Assembly: GCA_965250285.1 (NCBI GenBank)
Contig: OZ252299.1
Span: forward strand, 576,001 to 640,000
From: Myxococcota bacterium
GTDB lineage: Bacteria > Myxococcota_A > UBA9160 > UBA4427
DNA: 64,000 nucleotides
Reading direction: 5' to 3'
In this document: positions 1 to 8,855 of the stretch, piece after piece
Layout: each line of letters begins with the position of its first letter
Position numbering within the stretch: position 1 is the first letter of the stretch
Notes under the pieces: model-generated
Seen by the model: only the letters and a program-made list of their open reading frames with translations
The model's database searches: none
Told to the model about the DNA's origin: nothing
Position numbers and translations under genes: made by a program

Positions 1-1143
1 GGCCAGGGCCAGCGCTACGAGATCCAGGCCACGCAGGTCACACTGGTCGGCGGCGTCGACGACGACTACCCCATGCAGAAGAAGCGCCACGGCTTCGAGT
101 TCCTGCGCACGATCGCGCATCTGCGCACGCGTACGAACGCCATTGGTGCCGTGCTTCGCATGCGCCACGAAGCGACGCGTGCGATTCACGAGTTCTTTCA
201 GCGGCGCGGCTTCATCCAGCTGCACTCGCCGATCATCACGCGCAGCGATACCGAGGGCGCGGGCGAGATGTTCCGCGTCTCGACCCTCGACGCGGGCGAG
301 CCGCCGCGCGATGCCGAGGGCCGGGTCGACTTTGCGCAGGACTTCTTCGGGGGCGAGTCGTTCCTGACGGTTTCGGGGCAGCTCGAAGCCGAGATCGCGG
401 CCTCGTCGCATAGCCGGGTGTACACGTTCGGCCCGACGTTTCGCGCCGAGAACTCGAACACGAGCCGCCACCTGGCCGAGTTCTGGATGGTCGAGCCAGA
501 GGTCGCGTTCTGCGACCTCGATGGCCTGGCTGCGCTCGCCACCGACTTCTTGAAGGAGGTCTTCTCGACCCTGCGCGAGCGCTGCGAAGAAGACCTCGCT
601 TTCTTCGACAAGCGCGTCGACGACACCGTGCTCTCGAACATGGCCCACGTGATCGACTCCCCATTCGAGCGCGTGACGTACACCGAGGCCGTCGAGGTGC
701 TCGAGCGCAGCGGCGAGGCCTTCGAGTTTCCCGTCCAGTGGGGCGAGGACCTCCAGAGCGAGCACGAGCGGTTCCTCGCCGAGAAGCACTTCGGTTGCCC
801 GGTCGTGGTCACCGACTATCCGAAGGGCATCAAGGCCTTCTACATGTATCTGAACGACGACGACCGCACGGTGGCCGCGATGGATGTGCTGGTGCCGAGG
901 GTGGGGGAAATCATCGGCGGCTCGCAGCGCGAGCATCGCCACGACCGACTCGAGGCCCGGCTGGCGGAGCTCGACCTGCCGAAGGACGACTACTGGTGGT
1001 ACCTCGACCTGCGGCGTCATGGCACGGTGCCGCATGCCGGCTTCGGGCTGGGCTTCGAGCGACTCGTGCAGTACGTGACCGGCATGGCCAACATCCGCGA
1101 TGTGATTCCGTTCCCGCGCGTGCCGGGCAACGCCGACTTCTAG
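1..1143 (+). CDS. asnS: Asparagine--tRNA ligase (5'-truncated by window edge)
   Basis: Open frame from base 1 ([10 protein letters not shown]...YPMQKKRH); motifs [54 protein letters not shown]. Confidence 0.97.
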   Translation, partial: GQGQRYEIQATQVTLVGGVDDDYPMQKKRHGFEFLRTIAHLRTRTNAIGAVLRMRHEATRAIHEFFQRRGFIQLHSPIITRSDTEGAGEMFRVSTLDAGEPPRDAEGRVDFAQDFFGGESFLTVSGQLEAEIAASSHSRVYTFGPTFRAENSNTSRHLAEFWMVEPEVAFCDLDGLAALATDFLKEVFSTLRERCEEDLAFFDKRVDDTVLSNMAHVIDSPFERVTYTEAVEVLERSGEAFEFPVQWGEDLQSEHERFLAEKHFGCPVVVTDYPKGIKAFYMYLNDDDRTVAAMDVLVPRVGEIIGGSQREHRHDRLEARLAELDLPKDDYWWYLDLRRHGTVPHAGFGLGFERLVQYVTGMANIRDVIPFPRVPGNADF

Positions 1144-1198
1144 ATCACGACGGCGCGCCGCCGAGCCCTGAGGTCGACCTGAGTGGCTCTAGGGCGCA

Positions 1199-1226
1199 TT
1201 GACGTCCGCGAGATCCGCCCTAAAAT
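1199..1226 (+). promoter_or_regulatory. Sigma70-type promoter of the SDR-TetR-MFS operon
   Basis: TTGACG-N16-TAAAAT in an AT-rich patch ~65 bp upstream of AGGAGA/ATG at 1291. Confidence 0.65.
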
Positions 1227-1245
1227 CCGAATCCGAATTCTGATT
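1224..1245. promoter_or_regulatory. Putative TetR operator (imperfect palindrome)
   Basis: AATCCGAAT-CCGA-ATTCTGATT, 8/9 dyad match, overlapping the -10/start region; TetR gene in the same operon. Confidence 0.6.
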
Positions 1246-1290
1246 ATGGTTCAAGGGCCGCAGCCGCGGACCGGGACCCGAGGAGACGCC

Positions 1291-2262
1291 ATGGCCCCCT
1301 CCGATCGCAGCGCCTTCGGCGCCGACACCACCACCGACGAAGTGCTCGATGGCGTCGATCTCGCCGGCCGGCTCGCGCTGGTGACCGGCGGCTCGAGCGG
1401 GCTCGGGGCCGAGACCGCTCGGGCGCTCGCCGCGCGCGGTGCCCGCGTCGTGCTGACGGCCCGCGACGTGCCCAAGGCCGAGGGCGTGGCCGAGCAGATC
1501 CGGTCGTCGACCGGCCAGGACAGCGTGCACGTCGAGGCCCTCGAGCTCGACTCGCTCGACAGCGTGCGCGCGTTCGCGAAGCGCTTTGTCGCAGCCCATG
1601 ACCGGCTCGATCTGCTGATCAACAACGCCGGCGTCATGGCCTGTCCGTACGCGACGACCCAAGATGGCTTCGAGCTTCAGTTCGGCACCAACCATGTCGG
1701 TCATTTCCTGATGACGTGCCTCATCGCGCCGGCGCTCGTGAAGGGCGCGCCCGCGCGCATCGTGAACCTGAGCTCGCGCGGTCATCAGCAGGGCGGCGTC
1801 GACTTCGACGACCTCGGTTTCGAGCAGAGGCCGTATGACAAGTGGACCGCCTACGGACAGTCGAAGACCGCCAACGTGCTCTTCACGGTCGAGCTCGAGC
1901 GGCGGCTCGGCGCTCGCGGCGTGCACGCCTATGCGGTGCATCCCGGCGTCATCCCCACTGAGCTGTCGCGTCACATGGGCAAGGAAGACTTCGAGCACGT
2001 GCGCAAGCGATCGACGGGCGGCGGCAGTGGCCCGATGAAGCTCAAGACCGTCGAGAGCGGCGCGGCGACGAGCGTCTTCGCCGCCACGGCGCCCGAGCTC
2101 GAGGGGCGCGGCGGTCTCTACCTCGAAGACTGTCACGTCGCCGAGGTCGACGACGCCCCCGATGCGCGCTCCGGCGTGCGCTCCTACGCCGTCGATCCCG
2201 AGGCCGCGAAGCGCCTGTGGAGCGTGTCGGAGGCGCTCGTCGGGCAGTCGTTCGACCTCTGA
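1291..2262 (+). CDS. Short-chain dehydrogenase/reductase (retinol-DH/WWOX-like)
   Basis: TGGSSGLG, NNAG, FGTNHVGHF, YGQSK; start moved to ATG 1291 after AGGAGA. Confidence 0.92.
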   Translation: MAPSDRSAFGADTTTDEVLDGVDLAGRLALVTGGSSGLGAETARALAARGARVVLTARDVPKAEGVAEQIRSSTGQDSVHVEALELDSLDSVRAFAKRFVAAHDRLDLLINNAGVMACPYATTQDGFELQFGTNHVGHFLMTCLIAPALVKGAPARIVNLSSRGHQQGGVDFDDLGFEQRPYDKWTAYGQSKTANVLFTVELERRLGARGVHAYAVHPGVIPTELSRHMGKEDFEHVRKRSTGGGSGPMKLKTVESGAATSVFAATAPELEGRGGLYLEDCHVAEVDDAPDARSGVRSYAVDPEAAKRLWSVSEALVGQSFDL

Positions 2263-2288
2263 TCCCACCGAGACGGCGAGGCCCCGCC

Positions 2289-2963
2289 ATGGCGAAGAGT
2301 CGCTTCATCTCCGATCTGCACTGGGTGCGCGAAGGCAAGCAGACGCGCAGCCAGAAAACCCAGCAGTCGCTGCTCGATGCGGCCGAGGTGCTCTTCGCCG
2401 AGAAGGGCGTCGACGCGACATCGGTGGCCGACGTCGCGGCCGCGGCCGGCGCATCGGTCGGTGCGGTCTACCACCACTTTCGCGACAAGCAGACGCTGCT
2501 CTATGCGGTGTTCGAGCGGATGGCCGACCAGCTGCACGCCACGATGCGTGAGGCCGTCGATCCGGCGCGCTGGGTGGGCGCGAGCGTGCTCGACGTGCTC
2601 GAGGGCTACCTCGAGTTCTCGCTCGAGCTCGGGCGCAATCGGCCGTCGTCGAAGGGGGCGGGGATCGAGGCCGCCCGTCAGGATCCGGTGCTCGACGACC
2701 GTATGCGAGCGCTCTATGCCGAGATCAACGACGAGCTGATGCAGCTGCTCCTCGCCCGCCGTGACGAGGTCGGCCACCCGGAGCCCGAGCTCGCCCTCGC
2801 GTTCGTGTTCGATCAGCTCTCGGCGATGAAGAAGGCGCGGCTCGATGAGCTGCAGGGGCCGCCCCAGCTGGCGGGCCGGTCCGACGCGGTATTCGTGCGC
2901 GAAGCCCTCGATTCGGCGGCGCGCTACCTGCGCCTCGACGTCGACGACCGGGCGGGTGCATGA
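2289..2963 (+). CDS. TetR/AcrR family transcriptional regulator
   Basis: HTH LLDAAEVLFAEKGVDATSVADVAAAAGASVGAVYHHFRDK. Confidence 0.93.
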   Translation: MAKSRFISDLHWVREGKQTRSQKTQQSLLDAAEVLFAEKGVDATSVADVAAAAGASVGAVYHHFRDKQTLLYAVFERMADQLHATMREAVDPARWVGASVLDVLEGYLEFSLELGRNRPSSKGAGIEAARQDPVLDDRMRALYAEINDELMQLLLARRDEVGHPEPELALAFVFDQLSAMKKARLDELQGPPQLAGRSDAVFVREALDSAARYLRLDVDDRAGA

Positions 2964-4378
2964 GGACGTGGCGCCAGGCCTTCCTCACCCGGCTCGACGA
3001 CTCGGGTCGCTACCCGGCGTGGGTGCTCTTCGCCGTGCTCGCCGGCGGCTTCGCGACGAGCTTCCCGTTCACGATCCTCGCGGTGTCGCTTGGGCCGATC
3101 GCCGAAGAGCTGGGCTCGACCGAGACGGTCGTGTCGTGGGTCGTGACCGCGCCGATGCTGCTCTCGGCGGTCACGTTCCCCTTGCTCGGCAAGCTCGGTG
3201 ATCTCTATGGGCATCGGCGCGTCTTCTTGTGGGGCTTCGCCGGCTCGACCGTCGTCGCCGCGCTGACCGCGCTCGCGTGGGACGCCGCGTCGCTGATCGG
3301 TCTGCGGACGCTGGCCGCGGTGCTCGGTGGCGCGACCCAGCCCACGGCCATGGCGCTGCTCTTCTCGGTCAATCCAGACGGCGGCCGGGTACGCGCCATG
3401 GGTTGGTGGTCGATGACGATGGCCGGCGCGCCCGCACTCGGCCTCGTGCTCGGCGGGCCGCTCGTCGACTGGCTCGGCTGGCGCGTCGTCTTTCTGCTGC
3501 AGGCCGGCATGAGCGCGGCGGCGCTCCTGATCGCCTACATGGTGCTGCGCGAGACGCCGCGGTTGCGGGTGCGCTTCGACCTGCTCGGCGCCCTGGCGCT
3601 CGGCATCGGTGCGGGCGGTCTGATGGCGGCCCTCGGCGGGGTGCGTGAGGTCGGCCTCGACTCGCCGCTCATCCCCGCTGCGATCGCGACGGGCGTGCTC
3701 GGGGTGATCGCCTTCGTTCGGATCGAAGCGCGGGTCCGCGACCCGCTGATCCCGCTCGAGCTCTTCCGCGACGTCAGCTTCTCGGCCACGCTCGCGACGA
3801 ACGCGTTCAACTCGGCGGCCTACATGGGCGCGTTCGTCATCGCGCCGCTGTTGCTCTACCGCTCGTTCGAGTTCTCGATCACCGAGGCATCGCTCGTGAT
3901 GGTGCTGCGCACGGCGTCCCTGACTCTGGCCTCGCCGCTGGGTGGATCGCTCGGTGAGCGGCTGGGCGAGCGTGCGCCCTCGGTGCTGGGTGGCGCGCTG
4001 ATGGCGCTCGCGCTGGTCGCGATCGCGTGGGGCGCGTGGCAGTCGAGCCTGGTCTGGTTCGGCATCGGTCTCATCGGCCAGGGCATCGGCCACGGGGTCA
4101 GTCAGCCACCGATCACCTCGGCCATCGCACACTCGGTCGACGAATCCCAGCTCGGCATCGCGGCGGCGGCGAATCGGCTGGCGGGCCAGGGGGGTGCGGC
4201 GTTCGGCATCGCCGCATTGACGCTCGCGTACGGCGGCCTCGCCGAGCCCGACGCCTTTGCGCGGGCCTTCGCGCTGGGCGCGGCGCTCGCTGCTGCGTCG
4301 GCCTTGACGGCGCTGGGCATCGGTGTCGGCGTGCGTCCGCCGGCGCTCGAGATCGCGCCGACCGGCGAGCCGAACTGA
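2960..4378 (+). CDS. MFS drug/H+ antiporter-like transporter (DHA2-like)
   Basis: Motif A GKLGDLYGHRRVF, motif C PALGLVLGG, DPLIPLELFR; many hydrophobic helices; ATGA overlap with tetR. Confidence 0.9.
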   Translation: MRTWRQAFLTRLDDSGRYPAWVLFAVLAGGFATSFPFTILAVSLGPIAEELGSTETVVSWVVTAPMLLSAVTFPLLGKLGDLYGHRRVFLWGFAGSTVVAALTALAWDAASLIGLRTLAAVLGGATQPTAMALLFSVNPDGGRVRAMGWWSMTMAGAPALGLVLGGPLVDWLGWRVVFLLQAGMSAAALLIAYMVLRETPRLRVRFDLLGALALGIGAGGLMAALGGVREVGLDSPLIPAAIATGVLGVIAFVRIEARVRDPLIPLELFRDVSFSATLATNAFNSAAYMGAFVIAPLLLYRSFEFSITEASLVMVLRTASLTLASPLGGSLGERLGERAPSVLGGALMALALVAIAWGAWQSSLVWFGIGLIGQGIGHGVSQPPITSAIAHSVDESQLGIAAAANRLAGQGGAAFGIAALTLAYGGLAEPDAFARAFALGAALAAASALTALGIGVGVRPPALEIAPTGEPN

Positions 4379-4442
4379 GTCGTTCAGGTCGGCGCGTCGA
4401 CCCGATCGAAGCGATCGGGTACGCGCCGTGGAGGGGAGACAC

Positions 4443-5459
4443 ATGGAGTATCGACCTTTTGGGCGTACGGGCGTCCGCGTCAGCCAGCTCGGTCTGGGCA
4501 CGATGATGTTCGGCGGTCGCACCGACGCGGCCGAGTCGACGCGCATCATCGATCACGCCCTCGACCGGGGCGTCAACTTCGTCGACACCGCCGACGTGTA
4601 TGCGGGCAACGAGAGCGAGCGCATCGTCGGTGATGCGCTCGCCGCCGACGGCAAGCGAGGCCACGTGTTCCTCGCGACGAAGTTCAACTTTCCGCAGGGC
4701 GATGACGTGAACGCCCGAGGCGTCAGTCGCCGTCACTTGATCCAAGCGTGCGACGCGTCGTTGAAGCGACTGAAGACCGACTGGATCGACCTCTACCAGA
4801 TGCACCGGTGCCACGCCGACGTCCCGATCGACGAGAGCCTGCGGGCGCTCGACGACCTGATCCGGGCCGGCAAGGTCCGCTACATCGGCGGCAGCATGTT
4901 TCCGAGCTGGCGCATCGTCGAGGCGCTCTGGGTCTCGAAGGAGCTCGGCTTGAATCGCCTCGCGAGCGAGCAGCCCGCCTATCACCTGCTCGATCGCACC
5001 ATCGAACGCGAGGTGTTGCCGGCCGCCCGTTCGTTCGGTCTGGCCGTCATTCCGTGGGGTCCGCTCTGCGGCGGGCTGCTGACGGGCAAGTACGACCGCG
5101 ACTCGGGCGACACCGACGGCCGCTGGCAGGGAGGGCAGGACAACTTCAATCGCCGCGCCACCGAGCTCGCGTGGGATGTCCTCGACGAGCTGCGCAGCCT
5201 TGCGAAGGCGAAGGGCTGCAGCGTGTCGCAGCTCGCGCTCGCCTGGGTCTGCGCGCAGCCGGGCGTCACGGCGCCGATCATCGGCCCGCGCACATTCGAG
5301 CAGGTCGAAGACAATCTCGGCGCGGTCGACGTGAAGCTCGACGACGAGGACCGCGCCCGCATCGATGCCCTCGTGCCGCCCCGCAGCGCGGCGGTTCGGT
5401 ACTACGACGAGGCGGCGGCCGCCGACTTCGGGCCCGTCCAACACAGGAGCATCGTATGA
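4443..5459 (+). CDS. Aldo/keto reductase
   Basis: GLGTMMFG, DTADVY, ATK, SLKRLKTDWIDLYQMH, GKVRYIG, PIIGPRT. Confidence 0.93.
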   Translation: MEYRPFGRTGVRVSQLGLGTMMFGGRTDAAESTRIIDHALDRGVNFVDTADVYAGNESERIVGDALAADGKRGHVFLATKFNFPQGDDVNARGVSRRHLIQACDASLKRLKTDWIDLYQMHRCHADVPIDESLRALDDLIRAGKVRYIGGSMFPSWRIVEALWVSKELGLNRLASEQPAYHLLDRTIEREVLPAARSFGLAVIPWGPLCGGLLTGKYDRDSGDTDGRWQGGQDNFNRRATELAWDVLDELRSLAKAKGCSVSQLALAWVCAQPGVTAPIIGPRTFEQVEDNLGAVDVKLDDEDRARIDALVPPRSAAVRYYDEAAAADFGPVQHRSIV

Positions 5460-5923
5460 CCGGGACGATCTTGAAGTGGGGCGCCGTCGTCCTCGTGTCC
5501 GGCATGGTGGTGCTCGGCGCCGGTGCGCTCTTCTACACCGCCGTCATGAATCCGCGTGTCGAGCGCGAGCTGCGCGAAGAACCGAACGGCGAGCGGGCGC
5601 GCAAGGTCATGCTGATCACGCTGCCGTCGGGTCGCACGATCCCGGTCAACTATCTGCGCGAGGGCAACCGGGTCTATGCCGGCGCGGACGGGAGCTGGTG
5701 GAAGGAGCTGCGCGGCGAGGGCGGCCGGGGCAGTGTCTTCGTTCGGGGCGAGACGCTGCAGGGGCACATGCGGGCCGTCGAGGGCGATCCCGAGTGGCGC
5801 AAGGACGTCTTCAGTCGTCTGCGACCGAGCGCGTTGCCCGGCTCGGGGACGCTGGTGGTCGTCGAGCTCGACGCGCCCGATGGTGACGCCCTTGCCGATG
5901 CGCAAGTCGAGAGGAGCGAGTGA
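5456..5923 (+). CDS. Membrane-anchored protein, split beta-barrel/deazaflavin-dependent nitroreductase-like
   Basis: ATGA overlap with AKR; N-terminal TM; LITLPSGRTIPVNYLREGNRVYAGADGSWWKEL resembles the DDN-family core (weak). Confidence 0.5.
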   Translation: MTGTILKWGAVVLVSGMVVLGAGALFYTAVMNPRVERELREEPNGERARKVMLITLPSGRTIPVNYLREGNRVYAGADGSWWKELRGEGGRGSVFVRGETLQGHMRAVEGDPEWRKDVFSRLRPSALPGSGTLVVVELDAPDGDALADAQVERSE

Positions 5924-5924
5924 G

Positions 5925-6851
5925 ATGGCCGACTACGATGCGTCGCACGTCCCCGACCAGCGCGGCCGCACGATCTTCGTGACCGGAGCGAACACAGGCA
6001 TCGGCTTCGAGGCAGCCCGGGTGCTTGCGGGGCGAGGCGCTCGGGTGTTGCTCGGCTGTCGCTCGCGGGCTCGGGCGGACGAGGCGCTCGGTCGCATCGA
6101 CGACGCGCATCCCGGTGCCGATGTCGCGTGGGTGCCGCTCGATCTGACCCGGCTCGCCTCGGTCGCCGAGGCGGCCGACCAGGTGCGGCAGGAGCCGCGC
6201 CTCGACGTGTTGATCAACAACGCGGGCGTGATGGTCCCGCCGAAGTCGCAGACCGAAGACGGCTTCGAGCTGCAGTTCGGCGTCAACCATCTCGGGCACT
6301 ATGCGCTCACGGGTCACCTCCTCGACCGGCTGGCCGAGACGCCCGCGAGCCGCGTGGTGACCGTCAGCAGCCTCGCCCACGTGCAGGGCCGCATCGACTT
6401 CGAAGACCCGCATGCCGAGCGCTCGTACGACGCGATGGCGCGCTACCGCTCGAGCAAGGCCGCCAATCTCATCTTCACCTTCGAGCTCGCGCGGCGCCTC
6501 GAGTCGGCGGGCGTCGACGTGACCGCGGTGGCCTGTCACCCCGGCATCGCCGACACCGAGCTGTCGCGCACGTTCCCGGCCTACTTCTGGATCCTGGCGC
6601 CGCTGATCCGGCCCTTCTTCAACACGGCCGAAGAGGGCGCGCTGCCAACCCTGATGGCCGCGACGCGAGCCGACGTGCGGCCCACCGACTACTTCGGTCC
6701 GACGAAGCGGGGTGAGACTGCGCGCTCGGCCGGCCCCGGCCGGATCGCCTCGCACGTGCGCGATGCGGGCATCGGCCGGCGGCTCTGGGATCTGAGCGAG
6801 GAGCTGACCGGCGTGGCCTACGCCACGTTCGCGCGGGCGGCCCGGCCGTGA
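5925..6851 (+). CDS. Short-chain dehydrogenase/reductase
   Basis: TGANTGIG, NNAG, FGVNHLGHY, YRSSK. Confidence 0.92.
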   Translation: MADYDASHVPDQRGRTIFVTGANTGIGFEAARVLAGRGARVLLGCRSRARADEALGRIDDAHPGADVAWVPLDLTRLASVAEAADQVRQEPRLDVLINNAGVMVPPKSQTEDGFELQFGVNHLGHYALTGHLLDRLAETPASRVVTVSSLAHVQGRIDFEDPHAERSYDAMARYRSSKAANLIFTFELARRLESAGVDVTAVACHPGIADTELSRTFPAYFWILAPLIRPFFNTAEEGALPTLMAATRADVRPTDYFGPTKRGETARSAGPGRIASHVRDAGIGRRLWDLSEELTGVAYATFARAARP

Positions 6852-7013
6852 AGATCGGTGTGTCGTTCCCCGTGCGCGAGCTGCGCGACGATCTCGGCGC
6901 GATTCGCGCCTTCGCGCGGGCGGCCGGGCCGTGAAGATCGGCGTGTCGCTCCCCGTGCGCGAGCTGCGCGACGATCTCGGCGCGATTCGCGCCTTCGCGC
7001 AGGCGGCCGAGGC
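6848..7013 (+). repeat. 83-bp tandem duplication of the LLM gene 5' end
   Basis: GTGAAGATCGG...GCCTTCGCGC(G/A)GGCGGCC repeated at 6848 and 6931 with a few substitutions. Confidence 0.95.
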
Positions 7014-7824
7014 GCTCGGCTTCACCCACCTGCGCGTCCCCGAACAGATCGCACGAGCCGACTCTGGGCACCTTCACGAGCCCTTGACGCTGCTCGCCTG
7101 GGTCGCCGGCGTGACCGAGTCGATCGAGCTCGTGCCTTCGGTGCTCGCACTGCCCGCGCGGCAGACGCTGCTCGTCGCGAAGCAGGCGGCCGAGATCGAC
7201 ATCCTCTCGGGCGGTCGACTGCGTCTCGGCGTGGGGCTCGGCTCGAGTCGGCGCGAGTACGGCTCGCTCGGCCAGGATTTCGCCACGCGAGGCCGGCGAT
7301 GCACCGAGCAGATGCAGCTGCTTCGACGTCTCTGGACCGAACGCGAGGTCGACTTCGAGGGAGAGTTCGATCGGGTGAGCCGCAACGGCATCGATCCGCT
7401 GCCGATCCAGCGCCCGATCCCGATGTGGATCGGCGGCGCGAGCGTGCCGAGCGCGCCGGTCATCGAGCGCATCGGCCGCCATGCCGACGGATGGTTCGCG
7501 ATCTGCGCGCCCGACGACTTCGCGGATCTCCGCGCGCGGATCGACGACGTCGCGCGAGCGGCCGGCCGCGATCCGGCACAGATCGGCGCCGAGAGCGGCG
7601 TCGGCATTCAGGGGCGCAGCGACGCGGAGTGGCTCGATCTGGTCGAAGCGCGCCGCGCCACGGGCGTGACGCATCTGTGTATGCGGACGCTCGGTGCCGA
7701 CCTCGACGGCGGTGCACACCTGGCTGCGCTCGCGCACGTACACAGGCGCCTCGAAGAAGCCGGTTTCTCGCTGGATCGGGTCGAGGAGAGGCCCGCCGTG
7801 GGTGAGCCCGGGGAGCGTGGCTGA
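6931..7824 (+). CDS. LLM class (probably F420-dependent) oxidoreductase
   Basis: AQAAEALGFTHL, EPLTLLAWVAGVT, AKQAAEIDILSGGRLRLGVGLG, PIPMWIGG, ADGW. Confidence 0.88.
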   Translation: MKIGVSLPVRELRDDLGAIRAFAQAAEALGFTHLRVPEQIARADSGHLHEPLTLLAWVAGVTESIELVPSVLALPARQTLLVAKQAAEIDILSGGRLRLGVGLGSSRREYGSLGQDFATRGRRCTEQMQLLRRLWTEREVDFEGEFDRVSRNGIDPLPIQRPIPMWIGGASVPSAPVIERIGRHADGWFAICAPDDFADLRARIDDVARAAGRDPAQIGAESGVGIQGRSDAEWLDLVEARRATGVTHLCMRTLGADLDGGAHLAALAHVHRRLEEAGFSLDRVEERPAVGEPGERG

Positions 7825-7933
7825 GGGGGTGGAGAGCACAGCGGATGGGACCGGATCCGCTCTCGGGTCGTGCTCTCCTGCCACGCTCGACCCGGGTCAC
7901 CCATGACGGGTGGGGGGACGGGCGGGGGGCCGA

Positions 7934-8299
7934 TCAGACGCCGTAGGTTTCTTTCGCCCAGGCGTCGAGGGCTTCGTTCATCAAGGTCAGACTCTGGCCG
8001 AGTCCGTCGAGCTCGTCGTCGAGTACGGCAATCTCGCGTTCGAACTCGATCAGGGCGCGCATGCGGCGGCGACGCCCGGACTCGGTCAGAGCCTGACCAC
8101 GTCGCGCTCCTGTCTGCGCGACGAGATCGTTCTCGACGAATTGGCGAGCGAGTTCGTCGGCGCTGCGCTGAAGCCGGTTGCGTTCGGCTCGCAGCTGGTT
8201 GATGCGCCGGGCTACGCGGTCGTAGCGTCCCTCGGCCTCGGCCGAGGTGGGGTCGAAGCGACGGTCCAGTGAAATGATCTCTGCGTTCATTGCACTCAT
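7934..8299 (-). CDS. Hypothetical coiled-coil protein (121 aa)
   Basis: GGAGGG RBS before ATG 8299; charged heptad-like sequence; sigma54 site upstream. Confidence 0.65.
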   Translation of the reverse strand: MSAMNAEIISLDRRFDPTSAEAEGRYDRVARRINQLRAERNRLQRSADELARQFVENDLVAQTGARRGQALTESGRRRRMRALIEFEREIAVLDDELDGLGQSLTLMNEALDAWAKETYGV

Positions 8300-8515
8300 C
8301 TCGATTCCCTCCGTGTCCCTCGCCGACTCGATCGCGCCGCGTTCATCGTCTTGCTCCCTCGGGCGCTGGGCTGTCGGCGACTCGCTCTGCTCGTCTTTCT
8401 CGTCGTGGGTCTTCGTCGTACTTCGACGGCCGACCGAACGATCTGGTTCACCTGTTGGCTGTGTTGCCTGCGTTGGCCTGTGTCTTCCTGGGTGATCCAT
8501 CTGGGTATTCCATAG

Positions 8516-8531
8516 AGCAAGCGGCGTGCCA
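8516..8531 (-). promoter_or_regulatory. Sigma54 (-24/-12) promoter
   Basis: Minus strand reads TGGCACG-CCGC-TTGCT, an exact match to TGGCACG-N4-TTGCW. Confidence 0.8.
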
Positions 8532-8711
8532 TTCGTCGGAGGTGTTCTCACTCGTTTAGTTGCCGCCAGCGCCGAATACGTGGCGCGCGAATGGTGCTTT
8601 TGAGTGGCCGTCGGTGGAAAACGTCCACTTGACGATTCATCCACTTCGAAGCGTGAGGATGCACCCGCGGAGGTTTCTCCCCCGCATCGATTCGGCCGAG
8701 GGGACGCGCCC

Positions 8712-8741
8712 ATGAACGCACGTTCTGGAACGTGCGTTCAT
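8712..8741. repeat. Perfect 14-bp inverted repeat containing two GAAC-N4-GTTC boxes
   Basis: ATGAACGCACGTTC-TG-GAACGTGCGTTCAT. Confidence 0.9.
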
Positions 8742-8855
8742 CACAACCGGGACGATGCGCCTCGTCGAACGCGCGTTCACAGTTCGGCGGAACGAAACGC
8801 CGAGTCACGTTCGGTCGCATGAAGTTGATGCTGCGTCAGCTCGCGTGTTCGTCTT

